From a virus (taxonomy: Duplodnaviria > Caudoviricetes), in IMG/VR virus record IMGVR_UViG_3300043466_003828, positions 1,036-65,035 of that record: 64,000 nt of DNA. One strand, 5' to 3'. This document shows positions 40,035 through 49,112 of this stretch, in pieces. A model generated the notes under the pieces. That model saw only the letters and a list, made by a program, of their open reading frames with translations, ran no database searches and was not told the origin of the DNA. Within the stretch, counting starts at the first letter, position 1. The number at the start of each line of letters is the position of its first letter. The position numbers were made by a program, and so were the translations under genes.

Positions 40035-40820
40035 ATGCGAAGCGTTATTGCAATAGGAGACATTCACAACCATTGGGTTGAGGCAGAGGCTATTGCATCG
40101 AAGTATGATGATACTCATACCATTGTCTTTACTGGAGATTATTTTGACAACTTCGGTGACTCCGCCATTGACGCAGATCAGACTGCTCGTTGGCTAAAGA
40201 CATCACTAGGTAAATCTAATCGAATTCATTTGATGGGTAATCATGACATTAATTATTCCTATTTTAACTTGAGACATGGTTCTAGAATTGGTGATCAGAT
40301 TTATATTTGCTCTGGTTATAGTCCGGCCAAGGACGATGCTATTAATAGGATCATGTCTAATGAAGATTGGGATAAGATTAAGTTTGGTCATAAAGAGAAT
40401 GGTTTCTGGTTCTCTCATGCTGGGTTCCATCCTTTTTGGTTCTCTAGCCCTCCTTATGGAATGGATGATGAAATCATTGAGATTAAGCTTAAGAAGATTC
40501 AGAAGGCTATTCAGGACAGAGAGTTCAGTAATGAGCTTGGTGCTGCTGGAAAGTGTAGAGGTGGAATGAATCGAGTGGGGGGATTGATTTGGAGAGATCA
40601 TGTAAGAGAGTCTTATGCTGGTTCTTATTGGAATGACCAGTCTGGTATTAAGCAAGTATGTGGTCATACTCCTATGATAAATGGCATTGATATTGAAGAG
40701 ACTCGAAATAAGGGACTCTGTATTGATATTGATTGTGGATTGTCTCAGGTGCTTGAAATCCTAGAAGATGGTACCTATAATATTATTGACACTGGACTTC
40801 AGAACTTTTATAAAAAATAA
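40035..40820 (+). CDS. Calcineurin-like metallophosphoesterase
   Basis: GDIH, GDYFD, GNHD, SHAG, GHT, IDCG. Confidence 0.9.
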   Translation: MRSVIAIGDIHNHWVEAEAIASKYDDTHTIVFTGDYFDNFGDSAIDADQTARWLKTSLGKSNRIHLMGNHDINYSYFNLRHGSRIGDQIYICSGYSPAKDDAINRIMSNEDWDKIKFGHKENGFWFSHAGFHPFWFSSPPYGMDDEIIEIKLKKIQKAIQDREFSNELGAAGKCRGGMNRVGGLIWRDHVRESYAGSYWNDQSGIKQVCGHTPMINGIDIEETRNKGLCIDIDCGLSQVLEILEDGTYNIIDTGLQNFYKK

Positions 40821-40835
40821 TAAGCTAAACAAATC

Positions 40836-41030
40836 ATGAAAACTATTAGACTAGAAGTTGAATTGACATATAATAATAATATTATGCATGAAGATGATTC
40901 AGATGGTATTGAATGGTTTTATAGAGATGTTCTAGGAAAAGTATGTGAAGATGGGTCTCCTAATCTAATATTACATTCTAATGAACTAGGTGATGAGGTT
41001 GGTGTTATTAATGTATTAAAGATTTTATGA
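40836..41030 (+). CDS. Hypothetical protein
   Basis: 64-aa ORF. Confidence 0.6.
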   Translation: MKTIRLEVELTYNNNIMHEDDSDGIEWFYRDVLGKVCEDGSPNLILHSNELGDEVGVINVLKIL

Positions 41031-41419
41031 AGAAGATACTAAAACCAAAACAACATGAACAAGCTGTTTACTTTTCTGACTTTACAGGTCAGCCCTTTGG
41101 GGGTCTTTATCATCCTCCTGTAGAGCTGAAGATGACATTTAACTATGGATCAAATTATGATGGGTCTGATATTACTTTACATTTGTCTCATAAGGATATA
41201 GAACCTATTTTAGATCTTATTCAATCTAAACTTAATCCTGATTATAAAAAAGATCTCAGACAAACATTAGATTATAATAATGAAGAATTAGATATGGCGG
41301 CAGATTCAAGAGACCCAATGATGTATGAATATTATATCTCTTGCAATAGTCTTATTAGGAAACTTTTAGGTCCAGTAGATTCGACTGATTTTATTTCTGA
41401 AGATAGAGATAGAGGATGA
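41027..41419 (+). CDS. Hypothetical protein
   Basis: 130 aa, ATGA-coupled to the upstream gene. Confidence 0.65.
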   Translation: MKKILKPKQHEQAVYFSDFTGQPFGGLYHPPVELKMTFNYGSNYDGSDITLHLSHKDIEPILDLIQSKLNPDYKKDLRQTLDYNNEELDMAADSRDPMMYEYYISCNSLIRKLLGPVDSTDFISEDRDRG

Positions 41420-41544
41420 AATGGTTTAAAAGATTTCTCTATATAACTAGTGGTAAATCATGGAGAACAAGATTTTATTTTCTTAGCTGTGCCTATATGC
41501 CTTGGTTAATCCATAGAGTAATTTGGAGAGGATATAAAGAATAA
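41416..41544 (+). CDS. Small basic/aromatic peptide (42 aa, not in ORF track)
   Basis: ATGA-coupled. MKWFKRFLYITSGKSWRTRFYF... Confidence 0.5.
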   Translation: MKWFKRFLYITSGKSWRTRFYFLSCAYMPWLIHRVIWRGYKE

Positions 41545-41546
41545 GC

Positions 41547-41575
41547 TTGACTAATCCTTTAAGAATCTCTATTAT
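41547..41575 (+). promoter_or_regulatory. Leaderless sigma70-type promoter
   Basis: TTGACT-17-TATTAT, then 6 nt to ATG 41582. Confidence 0.7.
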
Positions 41576-41581
41576 AGACAG

Positions 41582-42004
41582 ATGAACAGGGAAATTATCT
41601 GCTTTGACTTTGACTACACTTTAGCCATTGAAGAAGTGTCTGGAGGGTGGATTGCTGTAGGTACAGGTGTTCTAAAGCCTATTCAAAAGATTGTTGATAT
41701 GGTTCTAGAGAAGGATAGAGAAGGATTTGATTGTCATATTGTAACTTTTAGAAAGGAAGAAGATATCCCAGAAGTAGAAGAGTTTGTAAAGAAGCACAAT
41801 TTGCCTATTAAGGGTATTCACAGTACATCAGGAAGATCAAAGATTCCTATTCTAAAGAAGCTCAATTGTACTTTGATGATTGATGATCAGGTAGAAGTCT
41901 GTACAGCTTGTATAATGAATGATATTCCCTGTTTACTTGTTGATCATGGATTCTCAGGAACAAATAATGTTGTCGCAGATAGAATGGATAAAATCAAAGT
42001 TTAG
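41582..42004 (+). CDS. HAD-superfamily hydrolase
   Basis: FDFDYTL, IVTFR, SK, MIDD. Confidence 0.8.
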   Translation: MNREIICFDFDYTLAIEEVSGGWIAVGTGVLKPIQKIVDMVLEKDREGFDCHIVTFRKEEDIPEVEEFVKKHNLPIKGIHSTSGRSKIPILKKLNCTLMIDDQVEVCTACIMNDIPCLLVDHGFSGTNNVVADRMDKIKV

Positions 42005-42041
42005 GCTTGAAGTGTCCTAAAAATACCTATATTATAAAGGC

Positions 42042-42233
42042 ATGAAGAACAAGGAGCAGATCGAAGAAGTGATGCATAAAATTATTAAGATGAAGGAAGA
42101 ACTTAAAGGTCTTTATAGTACTCTTGAAACTGTGCTCATTTGTAATGATTACAAATACCAACCATCTCTTGGTACATATGACACTGATGAGAATATAGAT
42201 AAAAAGATGAATGAAATTTTAGATACAGTTTAG
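42042..42233 (+). CDS. Hypothetical protein
   Basis: 63 aa, bracketed by the 25-bp direct repeats. Confidence 0.65.
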   Translation: MKNKEQIEEVMHKIIKMKEELKGLYSTLETVLICNDYKYQPSLGTYDTDENIDKKMNEILDTV

Positions 42234-42270
42234 GCTTGAAGTGTCCTAAAAGTTCCTATAGACTATATAT

Positions 42271-42528
42271 ATGGCCAAGAACATCTGGAAAGAAGCAATT
42301 ATTGAGGAGATGATGACTACTGGCATCTACACTGAAGAGTGGGCAAAGGATCCTAAGAAAGCTTTACATCATCTTGCCTGTTGGTATACTGAGTGTGGAA
42401 TGCATTTTGCTAAAGAAGAGAGATGGCATAAGAGCTTTAGGAGGATGTGGATTAGTCTTTGGTATAGTACACCATTTCCTTATTGGTACTGGAGAATGAA
42501 GTATAGAAATAACCAGCCACCCTTTTAA
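42271..42528 (+). CDS. Hypothetical Trp-rich protein
   Basis: 85 aa after a promoter repeat. Confidence 0.65.
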   Translation: MAKNIWKEAIIEEMMTTGIYTEEWAKDPKKALHHLACWYTECGMHFAKEERWHKSFRRMWISLWYSTPFPYWYWRMKYRNNQPPF

Positions 42529-42529
42529 T

Positions 42530-42823
42530 ATGAATTGCCCTTATGACTATGATGACCCAGAGTTTAGACTCGAATGGTTTGAAGACAGGCTAGAAAAAGT
42601 AGAACTAGAAAGAGATGCTCTGTGGGTTAAGACTCAAGAGGATGAGAGGATTATAAATGATCTGAATGATGCTGTAACTGAAAAGAAAAGGCAGATAGAT
42701 GAAGCTATTGAACTAGTTAAAGAACTAATGCCTTTTGCTACATTTGATTTAGATACTGATAGGTTTGGTTTGATTACAGAACTTCAGACTAGGTTTGAAG
42801 AATTGATACTTGAAGTGTCCTAA
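42530..42823 (+). CDS. Hypothetical acidic coiled-coil protein
   Basis: 97 aa. Its stop lies inside the next promoter repeat. Confidence 0.65.
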   Translation: MNCPYDYDDPEFRLEWFEDRLEKVELERDALWVKTQEDERIINDLNDAVTEKKRQIDEAIELVKELMPFATFDLDTDRFGLITELQTRFEELILEVS

Positions 42824-42846
42824 AAATTCCTATAGCATATAAGAGT

Positions 42847-43080
42847 ATGAAAGTATTACCAAATCTCAAAGCTGTTTGTGATGGATGTATCTCAGAAAGA
42901 GAGATACTAAAAGCAATGCCTGAAGATCTTGTTCCTGTTTGGGAGAAGTATATGAGAGGTAAAACAGTTCAAGAAATTGGATTTGATGATTGGGGTGTAC
43001 CAGAGAGTGATTATGAATCATTTAGGAGGCATATTATTAATCATTGTTTGAAGCATATGTCTGAAGAAGAAAAGGCTTGA
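42847..43080 (+). CDS. Hypothetical protein
   Basis: 77 aa after a promoter repeat. Confidence 0.65.
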   Translation: MKVLPNLKAVCDGCISEREILKAMPEDLVPVWEKYMRGKTVQEIGFDDWGVPESDYESFRRHIINHCLKHMSEEEKA

Positions 43081-43111
43081 AGTGTCCTAAAGAATCATAT
43101 AGACTAAGAGT

Positions 43112-43774
43112 ATGAAGAATAACAAAAAGGAATATAAGAAGGTGACTATAACCTTTGATGAAAGGCATTTGCCAGTGATCAATAGAGCATTAGAATGTTA
43201 CATGAGACTTCGTAGTGGTCAGATTGTTATGGCTATGGATGAAGTCTATTCTGATAAGCAGTCTAAGATGTTAAAGGATAAGAACTATCATCACTATGAT
43301 GATAACAAGGCTATTGAAACCTTTATTAGATCTGTGTACTTTAAAGACCTTGATAGTCCTAATGCAGCTTGGGGAATTGGTCAGTATGGACATGGTGGTG
43401 AAGAAGCCTATATGATATCAAAGACTCTTAGGCAGTATATGGCTTATGAGAGAAATGATGGTTATTCTGGTTCTGGAAGAGACTTTGATACAACTTGGGG
43501 TTCTTATTCAGATGTTCCTAATCCAGTTGTAGAAGGTTTTAGTACTAGGAAATTCTTTGAGGCTCCTAAAAGTTTGCAAAAGAAACTTTATTTATTGGTT
43601 TATAATGGAGCTTATAAAGAAGCTTTTGTTCTCATTGATAAAAAGTGGAAGACCTTACCTAGAGGTGACAAGTATGAGATTGGAATTGAAAAAGAATATG
43701 ATGGTGATAATATGCCAGTATCAATTGTTGGCGTATGGGTAACAGCACCAAGAAAGAAAGAGGAGGGCTGGTAA
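43112..43774 (+). CDS. Hypothetical protein
   Basis: 220 aa after a promoter repeat. Confidence 0.7.
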   Translation: MKNNKKEYKKVTITFDERHLPVINRALECYMRLRSGQIVMAMDEVYSDKQSKMLKDKNYHHYDDNKAIETFIRSVYFKDLDSPNAAWGIGQYGHGGEEAYMISKTLRQYMAYERNDGYSGSGRDFDTTWGSYSDVPNPVVEGFSTRKFFEAPKSLQKKLYLLVYNGAYKEAFVLIDKKWKTLPRGDKYEIGIEKEYDGDNMPVSIVGVWVTAPRKKEEGW

Positions 43775-43775
43775 T

Positions 43776-43886
43776 ATGATAAACCTTTGGCATAAATTCA
43801 TAGATTGGAAGAGAGATTATTTTGATGTATATGAGATTGCTGAAAAGAAGATGGGTGATGCAAATGATGAGGGGATGATTGATTAA
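43776..43886 (+). CDS. Small peptide (36 aa, not in ORF track)
   Basis: MINLWHKFIDWKRDYF...MID* fills the gap exactly. Confidence 0.45.
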   Translation: MINLWHKFIDWKRDYFDVYEIAEKKMGDANDEGMID

Positions 43887-43887
43887 T

Positions 43888-44169
43888 ATGCCTCCTTATA
43901 TACATAAACCATCGAAAGAAGTTGTTGGTGCATCAAAGAGAGCAGCTATTAGAGAAGCTCTTTTAGAACTCTTAATCAAAGAGAAGAAAGCAAATATTAC
44001 TATTAAATGTGGACTCAGAGTATTGGATCAGGTTCTTCTTATGCCAGAATGTATGAGAACTATTGATGAAGCATTTCTAGAAATTGCTGGTTGTGTAATT
44101 CAAGTAAAAATAGACTTTGAATTAGATCCTTGGAAAGTAGTGTATGAGGATGAAGTAATTTTTAATTGA
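43888..44169 (+). CDS. Hypothetical protein
   Basis: ATG 43888 (MPPYIH) preferred over the TTG start. Confidence 0.6.
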   Translation: MPPYIHKPSKEVVGASKRAAIREALLELLIKEKKANITIKCGLRVLDQVLLMPECMRTIDEAFLEIAGCVIQVKIDFELDPWKVVYEDEVIFN

Positions 44170-44206
44170 CACCTCCTCCTAAAGCATATAGAATAAGATT
44201 ATGAAT
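44164..44206 (+). promoter_or_regulatory. Leaderless promoter repeat, copy 1 (copy 2 at 50761-50803)
   Basis: aaTTGACAcctcctcctaaagcataTAGAATaagattATG. Confidence 0.8.
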
Positions 44207-44491
44207 GAGCCAAAGTATACAATTGTTTACGATGAGATGTCCTGCTATGATTGGGGATACTCTATTAATGGTGTATGGAGAAGTGGAGAAGTGGATGAAG
44301 GTGTCAAACAACCTGAAGAAGATGACGAGCTTCTTGACTATCTTCTTCTAAAACTAAAAGAAGGAATCAAGGATGGTACTTGTTCATTTATGAATCTTGT
44401 AGAATGCTTTCAATCAGATGATACAGAATTTGCAAAACATTCCTGTGATGATTGTGGTCATTCTGGACACAGAACAACTTGGAAGATTTAA
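44201..44491 (+). CDS. Hypothetical acidic protein with C-terminal CxxC
   Basis: 96 aa, CDDCGH. Confidence 0.65.
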   Translation: MNEPKYTIVYDEMSCYDWGYSINGVWRSGEVDEGVKQPEEDDELLDYLLLKLKEGIKDGTCSFMNLVECFQSDDTEFAKHSCDDCGHSGHRTTWKI

Positions 44492-44494
44492 ATT

Positions 44495-44722
44495 ATGAAG
44501 GTTAAACAGCTAATTGAAATGCTACAGAAGTTTGATCCAGAACTACCTGTATTTGTAGATGGTTATGAAGGGGGTTATGATACACCTCAATTACCTTTTC
44601 AATCACCTATGAAGCTAAATGTTCATGATTATGAAAATGAATGGTATTATGGAATACATGAACTTCATAGAATATCTGATATAGTGAAAGCAGATTGTGA
44701 AGCTGTAATAATTTCAAGGTAA
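44495..44722 (+). CDS. Hypothetical phage protein
   Basis: MKVKQLIEMLQKFDPELPV..GYEGG, a common small phage protein pattern. Confidence 0.7.
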   Translation: MKVKQLIEMLQKFDPELPVFVDGYEGGYDTPQLPFQSPMKLNVHDYENEWYYGIHELHRISDIVKADCEAVIISR

Positions 44723-44765
44723 TCCTCTTGCCTTATTATAAAATTTCTTATATACTTTATAGATT

Positions 44766-45431
44766 ATGAAGGAATTGTTTTACAAGCCTGTAAAAATTTC
44801 AAGTACAGATCATGATGTTCTGTTTTGGGGATGTATGCACTATGGTCACGATCCAAAGTGGGATGTTCCTATTTGGAAGACCAGAGGATACAATAGTTCC
44901 TTTGAACACGATGAGGGATTAATTCGTAATTGGAACAAGAAAGCTAGCGCAAGCACTATTGGGTTTCTTCTTGGCGATACGATCTTTGGTCATAATGCTG
45001 ATGAAAGATTGATTAGCCTTTTCCGTAGATTAGACTTTAAGGAATTATACATTTTACCCGGCAACCACCAAGCTGGTTATAAACAACTGATTGAAAGGGC
45101 GCAGGATAACATCCTTCTGCCTTCTGCTTCTGAATACAAGCAAGTTCATTTTGTTCCAAATTATTTGGAGACTGTAGTAAATGGACAAGCTATTGTAATG
45201 AGTCATTATCCTATTCTATCTTGGAATGGAGCAGGAAAGGGAGCATATCATATTTTTGCCCATGTACATGGTAATCTTAACAGATCAGAGCTTGGTAGGA
45301 TGTATCTAAAGACAGGACTAAACTATGAAGTATCTGTTGAGAATTGCCCAAGTCCTATTACCTTTGGGGAACTAAGGGCTGAGATGAGAAAGAAAGTGCA
45401 AAGCTGTCCAGATCATCATAATGAAGCTTGA
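44766..45431 (+). CDS. Calcineurin-like metallophosphoesterase (variant GCMH motif)
   Basis: GCMHYGH, HDEGLI.NWN, LGD, GNH, SHYP, HVHG. Confidence 0.8.
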   Translation: MKELFYKPVKISSTDHDVLFWGCMHYGHDPKWDVPIWKTRGYNSSFEHDEGLIRNWNKKASASTIGFLLGDTIFGHNADERLISLFRRLDFKELYILPGNHQAGYKQLIERAQDNILLPSASEYKQVHFVPNYLETVVNGQAIVMSHYPILSWNGAGKGAYHIFAHVHGNLNRSELGRMYLKTGLNYEVSVENCPSPITFGELRAEMRKKVQSCPDHHNEA

Positions 45432-45462
45432 CATTATTACTAAAATATACTATTATTAAATA

Positions 45463-45837
45463 ATGAAATATCAAATTCGCAAAGCTGAACAATACACTGT
45501 ATGGCAAGCAACTGAAGTTGCAAATCTTGATCCAGAAGACTTTAAGAATCTTGAAGAAAATCCATACGCAGGGGATTCTGAAGAGGAGTTCCTAAAGTAT
45601 ATTGCTGAATTTATAAATACCTGCCGTTGGGATGGATTCCCTAGTGATCTTAATAGTGCCGCTACTAAAGAGCTTGATAAGATGGTAGAGAATGTTAACT
45701 GGACAGAGTATCATAACTCCTCATTTGATGGAGAGGAATCTTGGTACGAAATCGGAGAGGCAGACGAATCATATCGTAAGAGTGGAGGATTTAATTCCCG
45801 CTTTGATACCATTCAAAATACAAACACCGATTGGTAA
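45463..45837 (+). CDS. Hypothetical acidic protein
   Basis: 124 aa after TTGACA-17-TATTAT-6-ATG. Confidence 0.65.
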   Translation: MKYQIRKAEQYTVWQATEVANLDPEDFKNLEENPYAGDSEEEFLKYIAEFINTCRWDGFPSDLNSAATKELDKMVENVNWTEYHNSSFDGEESWYEIGEADESYRKSGGFNSRFDTIQNTNTDW

Positions 45838-46394
45838 TGCAAACAAAATGCTATCTTGATATGGATGGCGTTTTGGCCAACCTGTTTGATTTTATTTCTA
45901 TTAAAATTCTTGGCAAGGAATACAAAGCAATTGAAACGCCCGAAGAAAAGTTAAAACTAAAAAAAATTTGGACTGATAAAGACTTATTTATCGAAAAACT
46001 AGGAAAGCCAGCTGATTTATTCATAAATCTTAGTCCATATAGTACTAACGATGTGCTAATAAATAAAGTAATAGAAAAGTTTAATGGTTTTTATATTTGT
46101 TCGTCTCCAGCGAAAATGTTTCCAGATGAATGCATACTTGGAAAACTGCGATGGATAGGTCAACACATTATCCCTAAATATTCCACTTATTTTAAGGGAG
46201 CGGTTTTTCCAAGGCAAAAGTCAGAATATGCCATGAATGAAGATAGGTCTAAGAATATTTTGATAGACGACTATCAGCCTTACATAGATAGCTGGGAAGC
46301 TGCCGGGGGCATTCCAATTAAATTACAAAGCTCATTACACGATAGTCAAAGCATTTTAAAACTTCTTGAGGAAGAATTTAAAAATATTAATTGA
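45837..46394 (+). CDS. HAD-family 5'(3')-deoxyribonucleotidase-like protein
   Basis: YLDMDGVL, CSSP, GKLRW, ILIDD, WEAAGG. Confidence 0.8.
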   Translation: MQTKCYLDMDGVLANLFDFISIKILGKEYKAIETPEEKLKLKKIWTDKDLFIEKLGKPADLFINLSPYSTNDVLINKVIEKFNGFYICSSPAKMFPDECILGKLRWIGQHIIPKYSTYFKGAVFPRQKSEYAMNEDRSKNILIDDYQPYIDSWEAAGGIPIKLQSSLHDSQSILKLLEEEFKNIN

Positions 46395-46425
46395 CATTAA
46401 TGTAAATATTAATAATAATAAAATT

Positions 46426-47058
46426 ATGGGCATGTTTGATACTATACTAGCAAAAAGAAAACTTCCACTCACAAAGGAAATCAAGAAGGCTTTTCCTGAT
46501 ACCGATTGGGCTCAGGAAAGTTTTCAAACGAAGTCATTAGACAATACAATGACCACTTATACCATTAAAGGTACTGGTCTTTATTGGTCTAAGGTAGAAG
46601 GAGAGTATGTCAGGACAATGACAGAAGAGGAAGAGAAGAAGGCCAAAAAGAGTAGGAAGTGGGTATGGCCTTATGAATTTGTTGAATATAGTCGGAAGAC
46701 TGTAAACGTTCCATTTCATGGAACTATTAACTTTTATTCCTATAAGGAAGACAAGGATAATAATACTTGGGACATAGAGTTCGATGCACTTTTTAATACT
46801 GGTAAGCTTGTGAGCATTAAGCTCGTGAAGGGCGAGATCTCAACCACAGCGGAAGAAAACGCCGCTAGAGACAAGGAGTGGCGGGATAGACTAGATGCCC
46901 ATGAAAACCATCCTTGGACAAAGACTAAGAAGATTCTGAATAAGATTACTTTTGGCTATTGGACAAAGTTCTGGAGTAGCTATGTATCTAGAGGTCTTTA
47001 CTGGATTTCCCAAAAGACGCAAAAGCTTCAGCTTTGGGTTATTCGAACGCTCGCTTAA
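46426..47058 (+). CDS. Hypothetical phage protein (MGMFD family)
   Basis: MGMFDT..FQTKSL. Start reassigned to ATG 46426 from promoter spacing. Confidence 0.7.
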   Translation: MGMFDTILAKRKLPLTKEIKKAFPDTDWAQESFQTKSLDNTMTTYTIKGTGLYWSKVEGEYVRTMTEEEEKKAKKSRKWVWPYEFVEYSRKTVNVPFHGTINFYSYKEDKDNNTWDIEFDALFNTGKLVSIKLVKGEISTTAEENAARDKEWRDRLDAHENHPWTKTKKILNKITFGYWTKFWSSYVSRGLYWISQKTQKLQLWVIRTLA

Positions 47059-47059
47059 C

Positions 47060-47164
47060 ATGAGAGGGGACTATATTCCTTTATTGTCATGGCTTTCTGC
47101 TATGTTGATAGGCATGGTGATTTGGTTTTATTTAATTAAATTTATATGGCTCATTTTTGCTTAA
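47060..47164 (+). CDS. Small membrane peptide
   Basis: 34-aa hydrophobic ORF from ATG 47060. Confidence 0.45.
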   Translation: MRGDYIPLLSWLSAMLIGMVIWFYLIKFIWLIFA

Positions 47165-47763
47165 ACGCCCCTGTCTCTCAGCATATTTATGGCTATGTTG
47201 ATAAAGCGATACTTCATGGAAGCCTTACTCCACAGCACGAATACGAACCTTGCATTATATTTGGCATAACATCCATCCCATCACGGGCTTTACATTTTTC
47301 AATATTGTGCGAGTCAGGAGCGCAGTGGGCAAGAATACCAATTCATATGTTAAGGCATGAAAAGCCAACCTACTCCTTATCAAAAACACATGATCTGAGT
47401 AATTTGCAAATGTGGGATAATCATGGTTGGGATTTTAGCGTTGTTCACTATGACTTCTTGAGAGAAATGGGCTGTGAGTATATCAACAAAGATAATATTA
47501 AAATACCAGCACGTTATTGGTTTACTTTAGATCATACGGACAATGGTTATTCGCAATACCCATCACAACATAAATGTTATCATTTATTGTTACTGGAAGA
47601 TGGTAGCGGCCAAATAGCCGCACAACCAAATAATAGAATTTTATGGAAAGAACATTCGTTTGTCAAGAATGTGGATAAAATAACTTATAAAACAATGTCT
47701 CCAAAAACTTGGCATTGTGAGACGGGTAAAAACGCAGACGAAACATCGTTTACAAATAACTAA
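47146..47763 (+). CDS. Hypothetical phage protein
   Basis: 205 aa. GAQWARIPIH, YWFTLD, GQIAAQPNNRILW. Confidence 0.7.
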   Translation: MAHFCLNAPVSQHIYGYVDKAILHGSLTPQHEYEPCIIFGITSIPSRALHFSILCESGAQWARIPIHMLRHEKPTYSLSKTHDLSNLQMWDNHGWDFSVVHYDFLREMGCEYINKDNIKIPARYWFTLDHTDNGYSQYPSQHKCYHLLLLEDGSGQIAAQPNNRILWKEHSFVKNVDKITYKTMSPKTWHCETGKNADETSFTNN

Positions 47764-47770
47764 TTTATAT

Positions 47771-48055
47771 ATGAACAAAACTAGGGTAAACAATGAAGTG
47801 TATGTAGACATTTCTAAACCCCTGAGTAAAAAAACAAAAAAGCTCCTTAGAAACGCAAAACCCGCAAAAAAACATTTTTGTTATAATTTGTTTAATAAAA
47901 AGATCAGCATCGGGCTTTGGGAGATTCCAGATACAAAATATAAGAATTATCCAAAACTTAGCTTTGCAAACTTTAAATCATATGCAAAAATAGGAATTTC
48001 TTGGAAGAAGAACCTGTTTGAGATTGTTTGGAATAAGAAAACCCGTTCTTATTAA
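47771..48055 (+). CDS. Hypothetical basic protein
   Basis: ATG 47771 is the likely start. Confidence 0.5.
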   Translation: MNKTRVNNEVYVDISKPLSKKTKKLLRNAKPAKKHFCYNLFNKKISIGLWEIPDTKYKNYPKLSFANFKSYAKIGISWKKNLFEIVWNKKTRSY

Positions 48056-48107
48056 AGAACGGATTTATTTTCTTGACATGCACTACTAAAGTATGTAGAA
48101 TCATATA

Positions 48108-48734
48108 ATGAAAAATGTTTTCATCATTGCAGATCTTCACTTCGGAGACCCTGATATGTGCAACCTGTTAAAAGCAGATGGCCACCCTATGCGACCATTT
48201 AATAGCGTAGAGGAGCATGATGCTACACTGATTGAAAACTGGAACAAGGTTGTTACTGACCCAAGCGATAAGGTTTATGTTCTTGGTGACGTAGCACAGA
48301 AAAGGAAAGACATTGAAAACTTTGGCAAACTCAATGGGAAAAAGATCCTTATCAAGGGCAATCATGATATCTATGAGATGAAAGAGTATGCGAAGTATTT
48401 CAAAGATATTCGTGCAACTCATAGGTTGGAGAATGGTATTCTTATGAGTCATATTCCGGTTCATCCCGGCACTTTTGGCAAAGCACATAAGGTAAATGTA
48501 CATGGTCACATTCATGATAAGAGGATAATGATGCCAGCACCATTTTATCCAGACGGTATGTTAAAGGTTCCAGATCCCAAGTATTTCTGCGTATCTTGTG
48601 AACATATTAACTATACCCCTATGGAACTTGGTGCCATAGAGATAGAAGTCTTCGGATTTGAAAACCGTGCAAAGACCTTGGAGGAACTTGCGACACAGGC
48701 ACAGGAACTTAATATGGGATATGAATTAAAATGA
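48108..48734 (+). CDS. Calcineurin-like metallophosphoesterase
   Basis: ADLHFG, NWNKVV, LGDV, GNHD, SHIPVH, VHGHIH. Confidence 0.9.
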   Translation: MKNVFIIADLHFGDPDMCNLLKADGHPMRPFNSVEEHDATLIENWNKVVTDPSDKVYVLGDVAQKRKDIENFGKLNGKKILIKGNHDIYEMKEYAKYFKDIRATHRLENGILMSHIPVHPGTFGKAHKVNVHGHIHDKRIMMPAPFYPDGMLKVPDPKYFCVSCEHINYTPMELGAIEIEVFGFENRAKTLEELATQAQELNMGYELK

Positions 48735-49105
48735 ACAATCATCAAAAAATTGTAGAACTAAACAAGATTTGGTATGATCTTATAACTTGCGAGTACCATA
48801 AGGACAGGGATTGTCATTTCTATATCATAACTGATTACCAGTATGGTGAGAAGGTTGTTTATACTGTTCAACACGTTGGGTATATTAATCATCGTTATGA
48901 TGATACTGACTGGGAGACGATAGCAGAAGCTGAAATAGAACTTATTAAGGTTTTGTCTGAATGCATATTAAATGAAGTTGAATGGTACTTAGAACATTAC
49001 GGAGACCCAAATTGGGATCAGCATGCAAGATATAATAATAAAGAGCTTGAAAGTATAAAGCAAGCTGTACTTGATATAAAATCTAATGTAAAAGCAGAAA
49101 GGTAA
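48731..49105 (+). CDS. Hypothetical protein
   Basis: 124 aa, HKDRDCHFYI. Confidence 0.65.
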   Translation: MNNHQKIVELNKIWYDLITCEYHKDRDCHFYIITDYQYGEKVVYTVQHVGYINHRYDDTDWETIAEAEIELIKVLSECILNEVEWYLEHYGDPNWDQHARYNNKELESIKQAVLDIKSNVKAER

Positions 49106-49112
49106 ATAGTAT

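Larger units (their letters stand above)
41998..43105 (+). repeat. Four copies of the promoter repeat CTTGAAGTGTCCTAAA
   Basis: Copies near 42006, 42235, 42809 and 43076. Copies 1 and 2 share 25 identical bp (41998-42022, 42227-42251). Each reads TTGAAG-17-TAnnnT, 6-8 nt before an ATG. Confidence 0.85.

Noticed and set aside
41998-43105. Regularly recurring repeat as a CRISPR array
   Set aside because: The intervals are about 230-570 bp and contain ORFs, the repeat core is only 16-25 bp, and it matches promoter architecture.
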